Shown piece after piece: positions 18,671-27,134 of a stretch of DNA of 32,000 nucleotides. Made by a program: the position numbers and the translations under genes. Position 1 is the stretch's first letter; each line of letters opens with the position of its first letter. The DNA comes from Psychrobacter sp. HD31 (GTDB lineage Bacteria; Pseudomonadota; Gammaproteobacteria; Pseudomonadales; Moraxellaceae), in assembly GCF_051097895.1 (NCBI RefSeq), contig NZ_CP142525.1:1440001-1472000 (forward strand), read 5' to 3'. Below the pieces are notes generated by a model that did not search any database, had not been told where the DNA came from, and saw nothing but the letters and a program-made list of their open reading frames with translations.

Positions 18671-19525
18671 ATGAAAACCACTAAACAACAAATCATTTGG
18701 AAAGACTTACGCAAGTTAAACCACTTGCAAATAGGATTTAACTTAGTATCGCCCTATCCTTTTTTAATTTTGTCATTATGGTTTGCTCATATGTCACACT
18801 TTTTATTTGCTATACCATGCACATTTTTGTTTTTTACAGCAGGTTTTAGGCAAGCACATGATGGGTTTCATAACACGCTTGGTATTGGTAAAAAAAGTAC
18901 AGAACTATTACTTTTTTTACTAAGCGCGGTCATGCTAACCAGTACGCACGCTATCAAACAAACCCATTTACAACACCACCGCACACCACTTGCCAAGCAC
19001 GATATTGAAGCAAGTTTTGCCCATCTAGCCTGGTATCAAGCAATTTTTGGCGGTTTTAAACACTGGTATGATGTACAAAAAGCAGGTTATCTATTAGCCA
19101 GATCAAAAAATAACAAAACGCTTATAACAGTGGTTTTAGACTATGGGCTGATTTCAATTTTTTTAATAACCGCTTTAATTTACATACCACAGGCATTTTT
19201 TTACCACACATTGGTAATGGTTTTAGGCAATGCAATGGTAGGATTTATTGCTGGGTGGTGCGTACACCATGATTGCGATGAAGAGATAATTGCCCGTACT
19301 GAACGCAATCCATTAGTTAACCTGTTAACATTTAACTTGCTTTACCACATGGAACACCATTTATACCCTTCTGTACCAACCAATAACTTGCCAAAATTAG
19401 CAATGCGGTTGGATAGAGTGTGCAACAAATATGCAAATAAACCCGTTGTACCAAAGCTGAAACTCGCGCAAAAGTTAAAGCCCAACCCCATTAAAAAAAC
19501 CATGGTTGAACATTTAAGGAGATAG
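18671..19525 (+). CDS. Membrane fatty-acid desaturase family protein (three His boxes)
   Basis: 284 aa with His boxes HDGFH, HLQHH and HMEHH and several hydrophobic segments. HLYPSVP is typical of the family. Confidence 0.85.
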   Translation: MKTTKQQIIWKDLRKLNHLQIGFNLVSPYPFLILSLWFAHMSHFLFAIPCTFLFFTAGFRQAHDGFHNTLGIGKKSTELLLFLLSAVMLTSTHAIKQTHLQHHRTPLAKHDIEASFAHLAWYQAIFGGFKHWYDVQKAGYLLARSKNNKTLITVVLDYGLISIFLITALIYIPQAFFYHTLVMVLGNAMVGFIAGWCVHHDCDEEIIARTERNPLVNLLTFNLLYHMEHHLYPSVPTNNLPKLAMRLDRVCNKYANKPVVPKLKLAQKLKPNPIKKTMVEHLRR

Positions 19526-19529
19526 TGCG

Positions 19530-20000
19530 ATGCAAAAGAATTACCCTACAGCCAAAATAATGCTAATGTACACTTTTTTGGGTAGTTATATTGGGGGGAT
19601 GATAGTTTGTTTTTACATATTTATAGAAAGTTTTATACAACAAGGCATAAATGAGCAAAACATAGATATTTTAGGTGGTCTTTTTTTAGTTGGATTTTTA
19701 GGTATCCTTTTTGGTTTTATGCCAGCATTATTAACAGCCTTATGGATTGTTTACAAACGGTATTATCGCAATACATTTCAAGTTTATCTAAAAATATTTA
19801 GTATTGGTTTTATTGTTTCACTCATTTTTTACATCTTGGCAGTTTTGCTCTTTATTATTATCTCATCAGATGAAAACGGTTATGATATGGCAGCTCTCTT
19901 TGATTTAAACTACGGGAAATTATCATTAATTGGCGGTTTAAGTTCTGTTGTTGTGGGGCGTTTGTGTTTGCCAACACGATATGATAGTAATAGTATATAA
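19530..20000 (+). CDS. Hypothetical integral membrane protein (about 4 TM segments)
   Basis: 156 aa and strongly hydrophobic. AGGAGA lies 8 nt upstream, and the gene starts 4 nt after the desaturase stop, so the two are probably co-translated. No family recognised. Confidence 0.6.
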   Translation: MQKNYPTAKIMLMYTFLGSYIGGMIVCFYIFIESFIQQGINEQNIDILGGLFLVGFLGILFGFMPALLTALWIVYKRYYRNTFQVYLKIFSIGFIVSLIFYILAVLLFIIISSDENGYDMAALFDLNYGKLSLIGGLSSVVVGRLCLPTRYDSNSI

Positions 20001-20024
20001 ATAAGCACAACAAGGACAAACAGC

Positions 20025-20954
20025 ATGCACATACTTATAACAGGCGGTTCAGGTTTTTTGGGGCAAGCGTTAACAAAAGAAGCTTGCAAACAAGATGATG
20101 TAACCATTACGTGGGTTTCTCGCAATACCAACACACCAAAATCTGAGGGCATTAGTGGCTTAAATATCATTGATTATGACGAGCTAAAAACCTGCCAAAC
20201 CCACTTTGATGTCATCATAAACCTTGCTGGTGCAGGCATTGCTGATAAACGTTGGTCTACGGCTCGTAAAAAGGTTTTATTTGACAGTCGGCTAAACCCT
20301 ACTCAAGCCATCTTAGATTATATTGCTCAAGCACATACCAAACCCAAACTATTTATCAGTGGTTCTGCCATTGGCTGGTATGGTGCTCAAATTGGTGATG
20401 AGATATTAACCGAACAAAGCCCTGCCCAAACTAATGACTTTGCTCATAGCCTATGCCAACAATGGGAAGATTTGGCAATCACTGCAAATCAATATAACGT
20501 GCCTGTTGCTATTATCCGTACTGGGGTGGTTATTAGCCCAACGGGTGGTATGATAACAAAACTTAAAACACCATTTAGCCTGGGTGTGGGTGGTAATTTG
20601 GGCAATGGCAAACAAATAATGAGCTGGATAAGTGTAAATGACTGGGTACGTGCCGTTTTGTTTATTATTAAGCAAAACGCTGCGCTTAATAAGCAAAGTA
20701 CCCAACTTACGCCTAAGCAAATATACAACCTCACTGCCCCAACTGCCGTTAACAATCGCGAGTTTACCAAAGCGGTTGGTAGTTGGCTTAACCGCCCAAC
20801 GGTACTCCATCAACCAGCCTTTGTGGTCAAGCAATTATTTGGCGAGATGGCAACCTTGCTAATTGATGGGCAAAATGTCTACCCACAAAACTTGTTGGAT
20901 ATGGGGTTTAAGTTTGAGCATGGCTCTGTTGGTGAGGCGTTAAACTCAGAATAG
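20025..20954 (+). CDS. TIGR01777/YfcH-family NAD-dependent epimerase/dehydratase-like protein (SDR39U1 type)
   Basis: 309 aa with an N-terminal Rossmann motif ILITGGSGFLGQAL and the C-terminal DUF1731-like region typical of YfcH. Confidence 0.8.
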   Translation: MHILITGGSGFLGQALTKEACKQDDVTITWVSRNTNTPKSEGISGLNIIDYDELKTCQTHFDVIINLAGAGIADKRWSTARKKVLFDSRLNPTQAILDYIAQAHTKPKLFISGSAIGWYGAQIGDEILTEQSPAQTNDFAHSLCQQWEDLAITANQYNVPVAIIRTGVVISPTGGMITKLKTPFSLGVGGNLGNGKQIMSWISVNDWVRAVLFIIKQNAALNKQSTQLTPKQIYNLTAPTAVNNREFTKAVGSWLNRPTVLHQPAFVVKQLFGEMATLLIDGQNVYPQNLLDMGFKFEHGSVGEALNSE

Positions 20955-21085
20955 ATAAACAGATTGATAATTGATTTTTAGTTAAAAAATTAGTATCTTG
21001 TTGAAAAATAATATAAAAATTATTCCGATAAATGACTTTATTATGTTTATCGAAACGGTGACATTAATTAGGGCAAAAAAAATAT

Positions 21086-21838
21086 ATGAGGATATTTAAA
21101 AGGCTGTTCGGAGGAAAGTCACAAGCAGAAAAAAAAGAAGCGAAATCGGAAAGTAATACTGTATTTAAAACAACAACAATATCCGATTCTGCTTTAACAG
21201 GTCTGCAAGTTGGAGATACAATAAGCTTTGGAACTTCGAAAGAGGAAGAAATAATATATGAACCTAAATGGATTAAACCCAAAGAAAATCCATTTAAAAT
21301 TGCGATATTTGACTGTAGAGAATATGCTTTAAAGATGACTTCAACAACTCAGGACCCAAAAATTGCAACTAATTTCCTGAATTTAAGGGAAAGTGATGGA
21401 AAGGAGTACATTGGAAAATTTCCAGAGAATGCTACAAAGTGTGAAGTCGATTTTGATTTTGATACGAATGGAAAACAAATTCAAGATGGTGTGGTTTACC
21501 AAGCATCTAAAATGGAAGAAAAATGGGATATATACAAGTATGCAAATTTTCTTTTTTTTGTGCGAAGCTGGACAGGAGATTTAGTTTATTTTTCTAACTA
21601 TATTCCTACAGAAAAAGGCTTTAAAGTCAATCTTGTTGTTTTAAATGATAGTAAAATTGACCCAACAGACCCTTTCTTTGAATTTAAAGTAGTTGATTTT
21701 TTAATCCATAGTCATATTTTAGGTTATAACGTTCCACATCCTATTCCAAGAAGTCTTGATAAAAACAATCACGAAAATATTTTAGCGTATTCATTTTCTA
21801 TGTTTGGAAATAAGGGACAATATGCGACATATGAATAA
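21086..21838 (+). CDS. Hypothetical protein, compositionally atypical orphan
   Basis: 250-aa ORF with clean flanks. It is visibly more AT-rich than its neighbours and uses AGA/AGG Arg and GGA Gly codons, which are rare elsewhere in the window. No family recognised. Confidence 0.6.
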   Translation: MRIFKRLFGGKSQAEKKEAKSESNTVFKTTTISDSALTGLQVGDTISFGTSKEEEIIYEPKWIKPKENPFKIAIFDCREYALKMTSTTQDPKIATNFLNLRESDGKEYIGKFPENATKCEVDFDFDTNGKQIQDGVVYQASKMEEKWDIYKYANFLFFVRSWTGDLVYFSNYIPTEKGFKVNLVVLNDSKIDPTDPFFEFKVVDFLIHSHILGYNVPHPIPRSLDKNNHENILAYSFSMFGNKGQYATYE

Positions 21839-21970
21839 TAACTTCTGCCAACAATATCGTAATGAAAAAGCTGTCACTATAAGCGACATAACGAAAAAAA
21901 TAAGCAAAATTTCAGCTCTTAGAATCGTTATTGCTTAACACACAAACCGCTAAACCACAACAAACATTAA

Positions 21971-22684
21971 TCAATACCGATAATGCCCGGTAATGTTAAA
22001 GCGGAACAACACATCGTTTTCTTGCGTGCCTGCACCAATATTATGAATGATTAGTGGTGTCCCATTTTTAGTACGGTTAGATACAATGCCAATATGCGGT
22101 CTGCCAGACACATCCCACGTTACCAAATTGCCCGCTTTATAATCTGCTGGATTATTGGTTACTGGCAAGCTTTTGCCGTGGCGGGTAAAAAATACCCGTA
22201 AATTTGGCACACGTCTATGGTCAATATTTTTATCCGTACTTTTTAACCCCCAAATTTTAGGGTACTGTGCCCACGCCTTTTTCATATCGGCATTTACCAA
22301 AGCTTGCAAATCCCTACCTTGCTGGCGGTAAGCACGCACCACAACATCGGTACACACACCTCTGTCTTTTGGCACATCCCCCATCGGGAATTTTAACGCA
22401 ACATAAGCAGGGTCATATTTGGTAGTCACCCCTATTTGCTTGCGAGCCGACGTCACCAATGGCGGTGCTGGGTCAGTTTCTTGTATGCCAATATTAGCAA
22501 TCGCTGTTGGCATGGCTTTATCTATTGCATGGCTTAATAGCCTTGTGGCTTGCTCCGTTTTTTGGGCTAGTTGATTTGTTTGTAGTTCAGATTGGGCATT
22601 GGATTGCATATTAGATTGAGCAAAAGCGACATACCAAAATGCCGTACTAGCAATAGCAATTAAAAAAATGGATTTAAGCTTCAT
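21971..22684 (-). CDS. DUF1287 domain-containing secreted protein
   Basis: Motifs GVCTDVVVRAYRQQG, NIDHRRVPNL, HIGIVS, IHNIG and GHYRY match DUF1287. The start is taken at MKLKSIFLIAIAS... (signal peptide) rather than the ORF-track 22729. Confidence 0.8.
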   Translation of the reverse strand: MKLKSIFLIAIASTAFWYVAFAQSNMQSNAQSELQTNQLAQKTEQATRLLSHAIDKAMPTAIANIGIQETDPAPPLVTSARKQIGVTTKYDPAYVALKFPMGDVPKDRGVCTDVVVRAYRQQGRDLQALVNADMKKAWAQYPKIWGLKSTDKNIDHRRVPNLRVFFTRHGKSLPVTNNPADYKAGNLVTWDVSGRPHIGIVSNRTKNGTPLIIHNIGAGTQENDVLFRFNITGHYRY

Positions 22685-22775
22685 GATAGTTACCAAGTTA
22701 ATATCTTTGATAACTATCAGTTTACGCATTTGGCAGAATAGAATTATGAAAAGTTTATGGATTAGATTTAATACG

Positions 22776-23591
22776 TTAAGCAGTGTTGTCTTCTAACGCA
22801 AGTAAAAACCGCTTACGCCATAAGCCACCACCATATCCGCCTAAATCGCCACTTTTGCGGATAACACGGTGGCAAGGGATAATAATAGATATTTTGTTTT
22901 TACCATTGGCATTGGCAACCGCACGCATGGCTGTGGGCTTGCCCATTTTTTCCGCCTCATCTTGGTAACTAATGGTTTTGCCATAATCAATGGTTTGCAA
23001 AGTTTGCCAAACGGCTTGCTGAAACGGCGTACCAACGGCTTCCAATGGTATGTCAAATTCGACTCGCTTGCCTGCAAAATACTCATCCAACTGGTTTTGT
23101 AAAGTTTGAGCGGATAGATTTGAACTTGTATTGATAAACTCAAACTGGCATTTTTTATCTTTAATAATTTGATTTAACTCGGTTTCTAACATTTTACGCT
23201 CTAAAAACTCCAATAAACACAGCTTACCTTGTGCAAAAATGGCAAGCATATTACCAATTGGGGTATAAACGTATGAAAACTGGCAAATGTTTTGATATTG
23301 GTTTTTTGAGTTAAGGATAAAGTATGCACGTTTGATACGAACATAGGCACCAAGCGACATGCACGTGGTTTTCTCAAACGTTTTTTTAAATTGATTTAAT
23401 TGTTGCTCTGAGTCAATTGGATGCTCACGATAAGACTTTGGTGGATTTTCTTCTTTATCCAACCATTGAAGGTACGCCTGTAAGTCTGCATCTGTATTTT
23501 TTACAAAAAAATCAGCAAAAAAAGAGCTGACTGCGGTAAGTTGATTATCTACAGAAATCGGTAAAGCTGGTCTCACATCCGTGTTTATCAT
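22776..23591 (-). CDS. Methylated-DNA-[protein]-cysteine S-methyltransferase (Ogt/Ada C-domain) with a non-canonical N-terminal extension
   Basis: The C-terminal half carries the active-site IIIPCHRVI and TPFQQAVWQTL motifs. The N-terminal ~100 aa contain only a fragment resembling one AraC-type helix (FKKTFEKTTCMSLGAYVRIKRA) and no Cys4 zinc site. Confidence 0.85.
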   Translation of the reverse strand: MINTDVRPALPISVDNQLTAVSSFFADFFVKNTDADLQAYLQWLDKEENPPKSYREHPIDSEQQLNQFKKTFEKTTCMSLGAYVRIKRAYFILNSKNQYQNICQFSYVYTPIGNMLAIFAQGKLCLLEFLERKMLETELNQIIKDKKCQFEFINTSSNLSAQTLQNQLDEYFAGKRVEFDIPLEAVGTPFQQAVWQTLQTIDYGKTISYQDEAEKMGKPTAMRAVANANGKNKISIIIPCHRVIRKSGDLGGYGGGLWRKRFLLALEDNTA

Positions 23592-23638
23592 CTCTTACCC
23601 TCTTTATTTAATCGGTTATGGTTGAGTCCGTTGTATGG

Positions 23639-24142
23639 TTAGCCTTTCTCTCGTACAATCTTACGCAATAGCAGCAAATGCACTAAAATTAAAAAAATGC
23701 TTAACAAAAAGGTTTGCATTGGGATGCTCATGCCAAGTAGTGTCCATTCAATGGTAGCGCATTCGCCAGAACCACGAAACACCTCTTTAACCACATCAAA
23801 CATGGGCATGGTATCTACCCAATAATCAAGCCCTGGTCCACACGCCGGTGTTTGATCTGGTGGTAGATTTTGTATCCAGGTATGGCGTGCTGCAACAACC
23901 GCTGTCCACACAACGCCTGATAAACTACCAAGCCATAAAAATAGCCGAAACCCTTTATTTTTTGGGTTAAATAAGACAGCAAAAAAAGCAAACACACCCA
24001 TCACCATTATTCCAATACGCTGGAAGATGCATAATGGGCAAGGAAACAAGCCTAGCTCACGCTGTAAGTAAAAGAATGCAAAACTAATAGCAACGACTGC
24101 TGTTAGTAATAAAAATACGTTGATTAGTCGATAATTATTCAT
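23639..24142 (-). CDS. dsbB: Disulfide bond formation protein B
   Basis: 167 aa with 4 TM segments, CPLCIFQR (the first CxxC pair) and a second periplasmic loop containing Cys residues. Confidence 0.9.
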   Translation of the reverse strand: MNNYRLINVFLLLTAVVAISFAFFYLQRELGLFPCPLCIFQRIGIMVMGVFAFFAVLFNPKNKGFRLFLWLGSLSGVVWTAVVAARHTWIQNLPPDQTPACGPGLDYWVDTMPMFDVVKEVFRGSGECATIEWTLLGMSIPMQTFLLSIFLILVHLLLLRKIVREKG

Positions 24143-24305
24143 GTTTTGCTCTACTTTTGCATTAAAAACCTTGCGCTGTTTTTAAGCATTAGCCTTACTT
24201 TAATGAGTGTGATTTAACATCAAGTCAAATAAGATTTGTTGGCTTTAATAAATGCACAGGCTGGCTGCACATTGGCCATATCCTATTTATCTCGACTCTT
24301 AATTT

Positions 24306-25889
24306 TTACCTAAACTGCTTTACATACTCTTTAAAATCTTGGGTTTGCTCTGCTTCTAAATCTGCCTGTTGTAGGGCTGATTTTTCTGCCAACACCTCGT
24401 ATCTTGCTTGAGTATTTGGGCTAAGGGCATATTTTAATAAATGATCTTTGTGCTGATTGGCAAGCGTTTTTCCCAACTGTGCTGTGCTACCTAGGCGTTT
24501 GCTGTCGGCAATAATTTGCGCTGATAAGGTCAAATTAGGGTTACTAACCTTACCTTGCATAAGTGCCACGGCGGTTCGATAGTCATTACCGCCATGTTTT
24601 TCGTCAAACATTTCTGCCAATGGTAACATTTTTGCTAAGTGCTTTTGCATCCATGCTTGTAGGTTTTGCTCTTTCCCATTTACCAAAATATTGGTATTGG
24701 TGTCGCGCCCACCGTTAACAACTCGCTCAAGGTTTATGGCAAGCTCTTTATCTTCATCTGGCATTAACTCTGGCGAGTCATTGAGCAGGCAATACAACGC
24801 CAATATCTCTAAAAAGCAAGCACTCGATAAACGGATACCTACATCGCTATACGGATCAAGGTCAATTGCTCTAAACTCAACATAAGCAATCCCTCTATCT
24901 TCTAAAGCTTGTGTTGGTGTTTCACCACCTTTTGCAATTTGTTTTGGGCGGATTGGGCTGTAATATTCATTTTCAATCTGCAAAATATGGTCATTAATTT
25001 GTACCGGATTGCCCTCGCTGTCATCCACACCAATATCGGTAAAATCTTTAAACGGGGTATGAATGGCTTTACGCAAGCCTGCAATATATTCTGGCAAATT
25101 GTTATAGCGGATATCTAACCCATCTTGCACACTATTTGTGTAACCCAGTTTGCCCATACGCAATGAGGTAGAGTTTGGTTGGTAATAAGTATGCTGATTC
25201 AACTTTTTTAGGTTGTGTTCACGCCCTACCAAAAAACAAGGGCAAACACTAGGGCTCGCACCATAAAGGTATAATACCAAGCTGGTTAGGCGGTTAAAGT
25301 TACGGATTAGCCCTAAATATTTTTCATTTTTAAACTCAGCCAAACTGCGGTTTTCATTTTGCTGTTTGTGCCACTCACCAAACAAATCATCACCAAATGA
25401 CAAGTTGTAGTGCAAGCCCGCAATGGTTTGCATGCGCCTGCCATAACGTACGCCCAGCCCACTACGGTATAAGGTTTTAAGTTTACCAATGTTAGATGTG
25501 CCATAGTCTGCCAACGGTATGTCTTCATCTTCGCTAGATAACATACAAGGCATGGATAGTGGCCAAAGTAGCTCTTGATTTGACTTGCTATTTTCATCAT
25601 TGTCATCACTGATAGAGTGTTGAACCAGCACATGCAGCTCTCTTAACATGGCAAGTGCTTGTTTTGGCGACTCTTTTGGATCAGTAATTAGTTCAAGTAA
25701 ACTTTCTGAGTAGTCAGTGGTAATGTAAGGATGCGTTAATTTAGAGCCCAGTTTTTCTGGGTGCGGTGTTTGGGCAAGGTAGCCATCTTTTTGCATACGC
25801 AAGCCTTCTTTTTCTATGCCCCTAAGCATGCCTGTTAAATGCTGGCTGGTTAGCCAATTTGGCAAAGTAAACCCTGTTGTACTGTTCAT
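24306..25889 (-). CDS. gshA: Glutamate-cysteine ligase
   Basis: Full-length resemblance to proteobacterial GshA (GIEKEGLRM, ELITDP, YVEFRAIDLDP). The start is taken at MNSTTGF (25889), giving about 527 aa, rather than the ORF-track 25940. Confidence 0.92.
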   Translation of the reverse strand: MNSTTGFTLPNWLTSQHLTGMLRGIEKEGLRMQKDGYLAQTPHPEKLGSKLTHPYITTDYSESLLELITDPKESPKQALAMLRELHVLVQHSISDDNDENSKSNQELLWPLSMPCMLSSEDEDIPLADYGTSNIGKLKTLYRSGLGVRYGRRMQTIAGLHYNLSFGDDLFGEWHKQQNENRSLAEFKNEKYLGLIRNFNRLTSLVLYLYGASPSVCPCFLVGREHNLKKLNQHTYYQPNSTSLRMGKLGYTNSVQDGLDIRYNNLPEYIAGLRKAIHTPFKDFTDIGVDDSEGNPVQINDHILQIENEYYSPIRPKQIAKGGETPTQALEDRGIAYVEFRAIDLDPYSDVGIRLSSACFLEILALYCLLNDSPELMPDEDKELAINLERVVNGGRDTNTNILVNGKEQNLQAWMQKHLAKMLPLAEMFDEKHGGNDYRTAVALMQGKVSNPNLTLSAQIIADSKRLGSTAQLGKTLANQHKDHLLKYALSPNTQARYEVLAEKSALQQADLEAEQTQDFKEYVKQFR

Positions 25890-26083
25890 GTCTTTCTCTA
25901 TATTTTTATCAATAAATATTTTGCATAACTTTGCAAACACACTATAAATTGTATCCTATCAAACAATAAAATAACATGGAATATATAGACTATGCTTTTT
26001 TATTGCTTTTTGATTAATCACTTATCCTTTTTTATACTTATCATCTTTTTATATAGTCATTCAAATTATATAATCCCTTAAAA

Positions 26084-26108
26084 TAAAAAACCCACCAAAC
26101 GGCGGGTT
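26084..26108 (-). terminator. Rho-independent terminator after erpA
   Basis: The minus strand reads cccgcc-guuu-gguggg (one G-U pair), followed by UUUUUUAUUUU. Confidence 0.7.
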
Positions 26109-26124
26109 AATAAAACACGATGAT

Positions 26125-26457
26125 CTAAATAGAAAAAGAAGAACCACACCCACAGGTTGTCGTAGCGTTTGGGTTTTTAACCACAAAACGTGAGCCTTCT
26201 AGCCCTTCTACATAGTCGACTGTCGAACCTTGTAAATATTGATAACTTAACGAGTCTACCACCATGTTCACATCTTGGTTTTTAAAGGTGGCATCGTCTT
26301 CATTAACCTCATTTGCAAAGTCAAAACCATAAGAAAAACCAGAACAGCCACCACCTGTTACATAAACTCGTAACATTAAACTGGCATCGCCTTCATCTTC
26401 TCGTAAAACACGCAGTTTATTTGCTGCATTATCAGTTAAGGTCATGGTTGGTTGCAT
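26125..26457 (-). CDS. erpA: Iron-sulfur cluster insertion protein ErpA (A-type carrier)
   Basis: 110 aa with the GGGCSGFSY motif and the C-terminal CGCGSSFSI. Confidence 0.9.
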   Translation of the reverse strand: MQPTMTLTDNAANKLRVLREDEGDASLMLRVYVTGGGCSGFSYGFDFANEVNEDDATFKNQDVNMVVDSLSYQYLQGSTVDYVEGLEGSRFVVKNPNATTTCGCGSSFSI

Positions 26458-26654
26458 AGTTATTATCCTAATGGGTTGGTATTTTATGCATTATATATAA
26501 GATTGCTCTCATTATATCACAAGCAAAAACCAATATTTTTTAGCTAGATGATTAAATTTATTGATTAAGACTAATCAACCTAATGGACTCAAGCCCCCTT
26601 TTCATAGGGTATGACACCTTAAAAATAAAACTTTTAAAAAAAATTAAAAAAAAG

Positions 26655-26681
26655 TGTAAGAAATCACCCCCTAGCTCCGAC
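26655..26681 (+). promoter_or_regulatory. Candidate ECF-sigma-type promoter upstream of the peptide/MNIO locus
   Basis: TGTAAG-N17-CGAC sits in a GC-rich island within an otherwise A/T-run-rich spacer, about 95 nt upstream of the first precursor ATG. The architecture resembles ECF promoters of the xGTAAC-N17-CGAC type. This is pattern recognition only. Confidence 0.3.
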
Positions 26682-26775
26682 TAAGTTATAACAGCAAGAA
26701 AAACCTAAACATTTTTTCTGGTTGTTATGTTTTTAACCATCTATTTTTATTTATATATCAAACAAGGACTTAATC

Positions 26776-27015
26776 ATGAAAACCAAACACATCGTAAGTG
26801 GTCTTGCTATTTCTTCAATCATGGCAATTAGTGCATCAGCAAGTGCGGGTACGACCAACCCATTTTCTGCAAAATGTATGAGCAATGGTCAAGCAACCTC
26901 AACAGCTTGCAAAAAGGCTGATGCCAAATGTGGTGAAGGCAAATGTGGCGCAACCACCCACTCTAAAAAAGCTGACGGTAAATGTGGTGAAGGCAAGTGT
27001 GGTGGTGCTAAATAA
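26776..27015 (+). CDS. Secreted Cys-Gly-repeat RiPP precursor 1 (EGKCG-repeat, HvfA/bufferin-like; Sec signal peptide)
   Basis: 79 aa. The signal peptide ends in ASA|G. The mature part is GTTNPFSAKCMSNGQATSTAC-KKADAKCGEGKCG-ATTHS-KKADGKCGEGKCG-GAK. It has six Cys, four of them in KCGEGKCG modules. AAGGA lies upstream. Confidence 0.85.
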   Translation: MKTKHIVSGLAISSIMAISASASAGTTNPFSAKCMSNGQATSTACKKADAKCGEGKCGATTHSKKADGKCGEGKCGGAK

Positions 27016-27134
27016 CTTTTAATGCATTTTTTACAACCTCAACCTGACTATTAGCCTTGTGATTAATACGCTTGTACAGCATGGTTTTATAACACAAGGT
27101 TAATAGTAAGTTTTAATTTAATAGGGAATTTATT

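Noticed and set aside
16659-23997. Nested or antisense ORFs in dprA, tsaC, the regulator, the YfcH-like gene, the orphan gene, the methyltransferase gene and dsbB (e.g. 16659-16883, 17471-17824, 18066-18290, 19910-20170, 20451-20862, 21064-21282, 21393-21584, 22783-23143, 23815-23997)
   Set aside because: Each overlaps a better-supported gene. None has motif or RBS support.
23639-26457. Functional linkage of dsbB, gshA and erpA (thiol, redox and Fe-S genes) to the adjacent Cys-rich peptide locus
   Set aside because: These are conserved housekeeping genes on the opposite strand with their own terminators, and a 318-bp spacer separates them from the RiPP locus. Adjacency alone is not evidence. 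It can be tested only by synteny comparison.
27054-27099. Imperfect long-range inverted repeat (ccttgtg ... cacaagg) between the two precursor genes, possibly a partial terminator raising precursor 1 transcript levels
   Set aside because: The stem is only ~7-10 bp with a ~32-nt loop and has no adjacent T-tract. This is too weak to call from sequence alone, so it is left as a note only.
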